Made by a program: the position numbers and the translations under genes. A stretch of DNA of 53,973 bases, counting the filler, from Basidiobolus ranarum (taxonomy: Eukaryota): the NCBI GenBank assembly GCA_040143965.1. It is 3 parts of 3 records of this genome, joined end to end, with 100 filler letters (N's around TTAATTAATTAA, not from the genome) between each part and the next. Parts side by side here need not be neighbours in the genome. Positions count along the whole stretch, not along the records: positions 36,078 to 53,973 come from JASJQH010000289.1; 2 more parts are not named here. One strand, written 5' to 3'. The notes below the pieces were generated by a model. The model saw only the letters and a program-made list of their open reading frames with translations, was not told the DNA's origin and did not search any database. The stretch's first letter is position 1; each line of letters opens with the position of its first letter. Of this stretch, positions 52,680-53,973 are shown piece after piece.

Positions 52680-53973
52680 ATATATATTTGTCTCATCATA
52701 ATCCTAATTCACGCACTGAACAAAATAACAAATCTAACATACCAATAATCGGTGAGACTCCATTCCGGTTCCAGCCAACTCTACTTGCGACACCAGCTCA
52801 GAATCAAATGCAGCTATCGACCGAAAAGCGAGCGACAAACGTCTCTGGGCTTGGTTGCAAGGGTGGCAACATGCATAGTTGGCCCAGTGCAGCAACACTA
52901 AAGACCAACAGCTATATAGTAGATATCATAGGATAGTTGAAAAGAATGGGAGTTTTATGCATTCTTATAGTTTCAATCTATATTTTTATAACCAAATAAT
53001 TCCGAATTGGCTTATTTTTTTCCATATATTTTACCATTTTTTTTCACCAATACGTTGTACATCATCATTGATCCAATAGGATTATTCAATACCCATGGGC
53101 TAAGTCCTCGATAATTCCACTCATTCCCTAATTTGGGGTGTTATCTATACCTAGTATATCATCCAAAGTTGATCATAGCTCTCGCTTGTACTACTTTTAG
53201 AAGTTATGCAAGGGTCTCTCGATTATGCTGGTTTTTCTAACTGCCTAGATAATGTTCTTATGATCCAATGCAATTGATGAGCATTTTGCCATATTGACCA
53301 ACACGGGAGAACATCCATTTCAAGGGACCATAGGTGACTTCTACTCAAATTCCAATATTGTTGCGTGAATAGCGGATGCTGGTGTATCATTCAAAATCTC
53401 GAAATCCAGACACATGTATTCTATGTGTCAAGTGTAAGAAATACAGTAACCTCATCTTTCTAATTTTACCTGTTTTATACTGAATGTTCCCAGTTGCATT
53501 CTCACGATTTATAAATAAATTCTCAGCCCTATCCTCCACAAGCTCATTTCTGAGTGCACGAGAATACTGGAATAAGGGCTAAACTGTTTTTTGACCTACA
53601 TATTTTAAATGCAATGGTATACTGCTACATTATTTATCCTATTCATGAGTTTTTCACTTGTGGCATGTACCTGATACATGTTAAAATATTTAGGGAGCCT
53701 TTTGGAAGTGGTTAGGAGAGCTAGAGAAATTGGTGGTTTTCACTCATCAAGTAATTGAGTTGAGAGTTGATATTTATACTTTTGTCAAGAGGTAAGCAAA
53801 CAAACGTGTAGAATGTGTTAAGAAAGGTCCCAGGACCATGCGTGCGAAGTTAAGGGCCTTGTAAATGTTGAAATTAGCATTGCCTAAACACCTATATAGT
53901 CATATATAGCTTAGTACTTAGTTATCTTATAATTCACTAAGATATTATCAATTATTCTCAATCGGAATTTACT
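52680..53973 (-). mobile_element. Decayed LINE 3' portion (end of RT to C-terminal zinc knuckle and 3' UTR); runs off the window end
   Basis: Minus-strand remnants are YDYIGV* (cf. KYLGVW), HWIIRTLSRQL, DPCITSKSSTSESYDQLW (degenerate CxxC..ETxxHLW knuckle) and W*NIWKKI. DNA homology to 16387-16737. Confidence 0.6.

Overview
Eukaryotic nuclear DNA with short (about 57-110 nt) spliceosomal introns. Intron style and gene content (including GDP-mannose 4,6-dehydratase) point to an early-diverging fungus, possibly Basidiobolus-like; this is inference. The window is three contigs joined by artificial N-TTAATTAATTAA-N linkers (17945-18043, 35978-36077), so adjacency across them is unproven. Recognisable genes are pyruvate kinase (5' part), cyanamide hydratase, a secreted histidine acid phosphatase, a TBC Rab-GAP, an ankyrin protein, an AAAP amino-acid transporter, the last exon of a maltose/galactoside acetyltransferase, a 7TM protein, acetyl-CoA carboxylase, a derlin, the 3' end of a GT4-like glycosyltransferase, a PY-motif membrane protein, a Kex1-like carboxypeptidase and GMD. 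Non-genic features include decayed LINE relics, a cox3 NUMT and a second organelle-like fragment. The most unusual structure is a pair of arrays (14201-14359, 15317-15474), each with five regularly spaced copies of a 17-bp motif (CGCACCTCTTATAGTAA) separated by diverged spacers and preceded by one inverted variant site.
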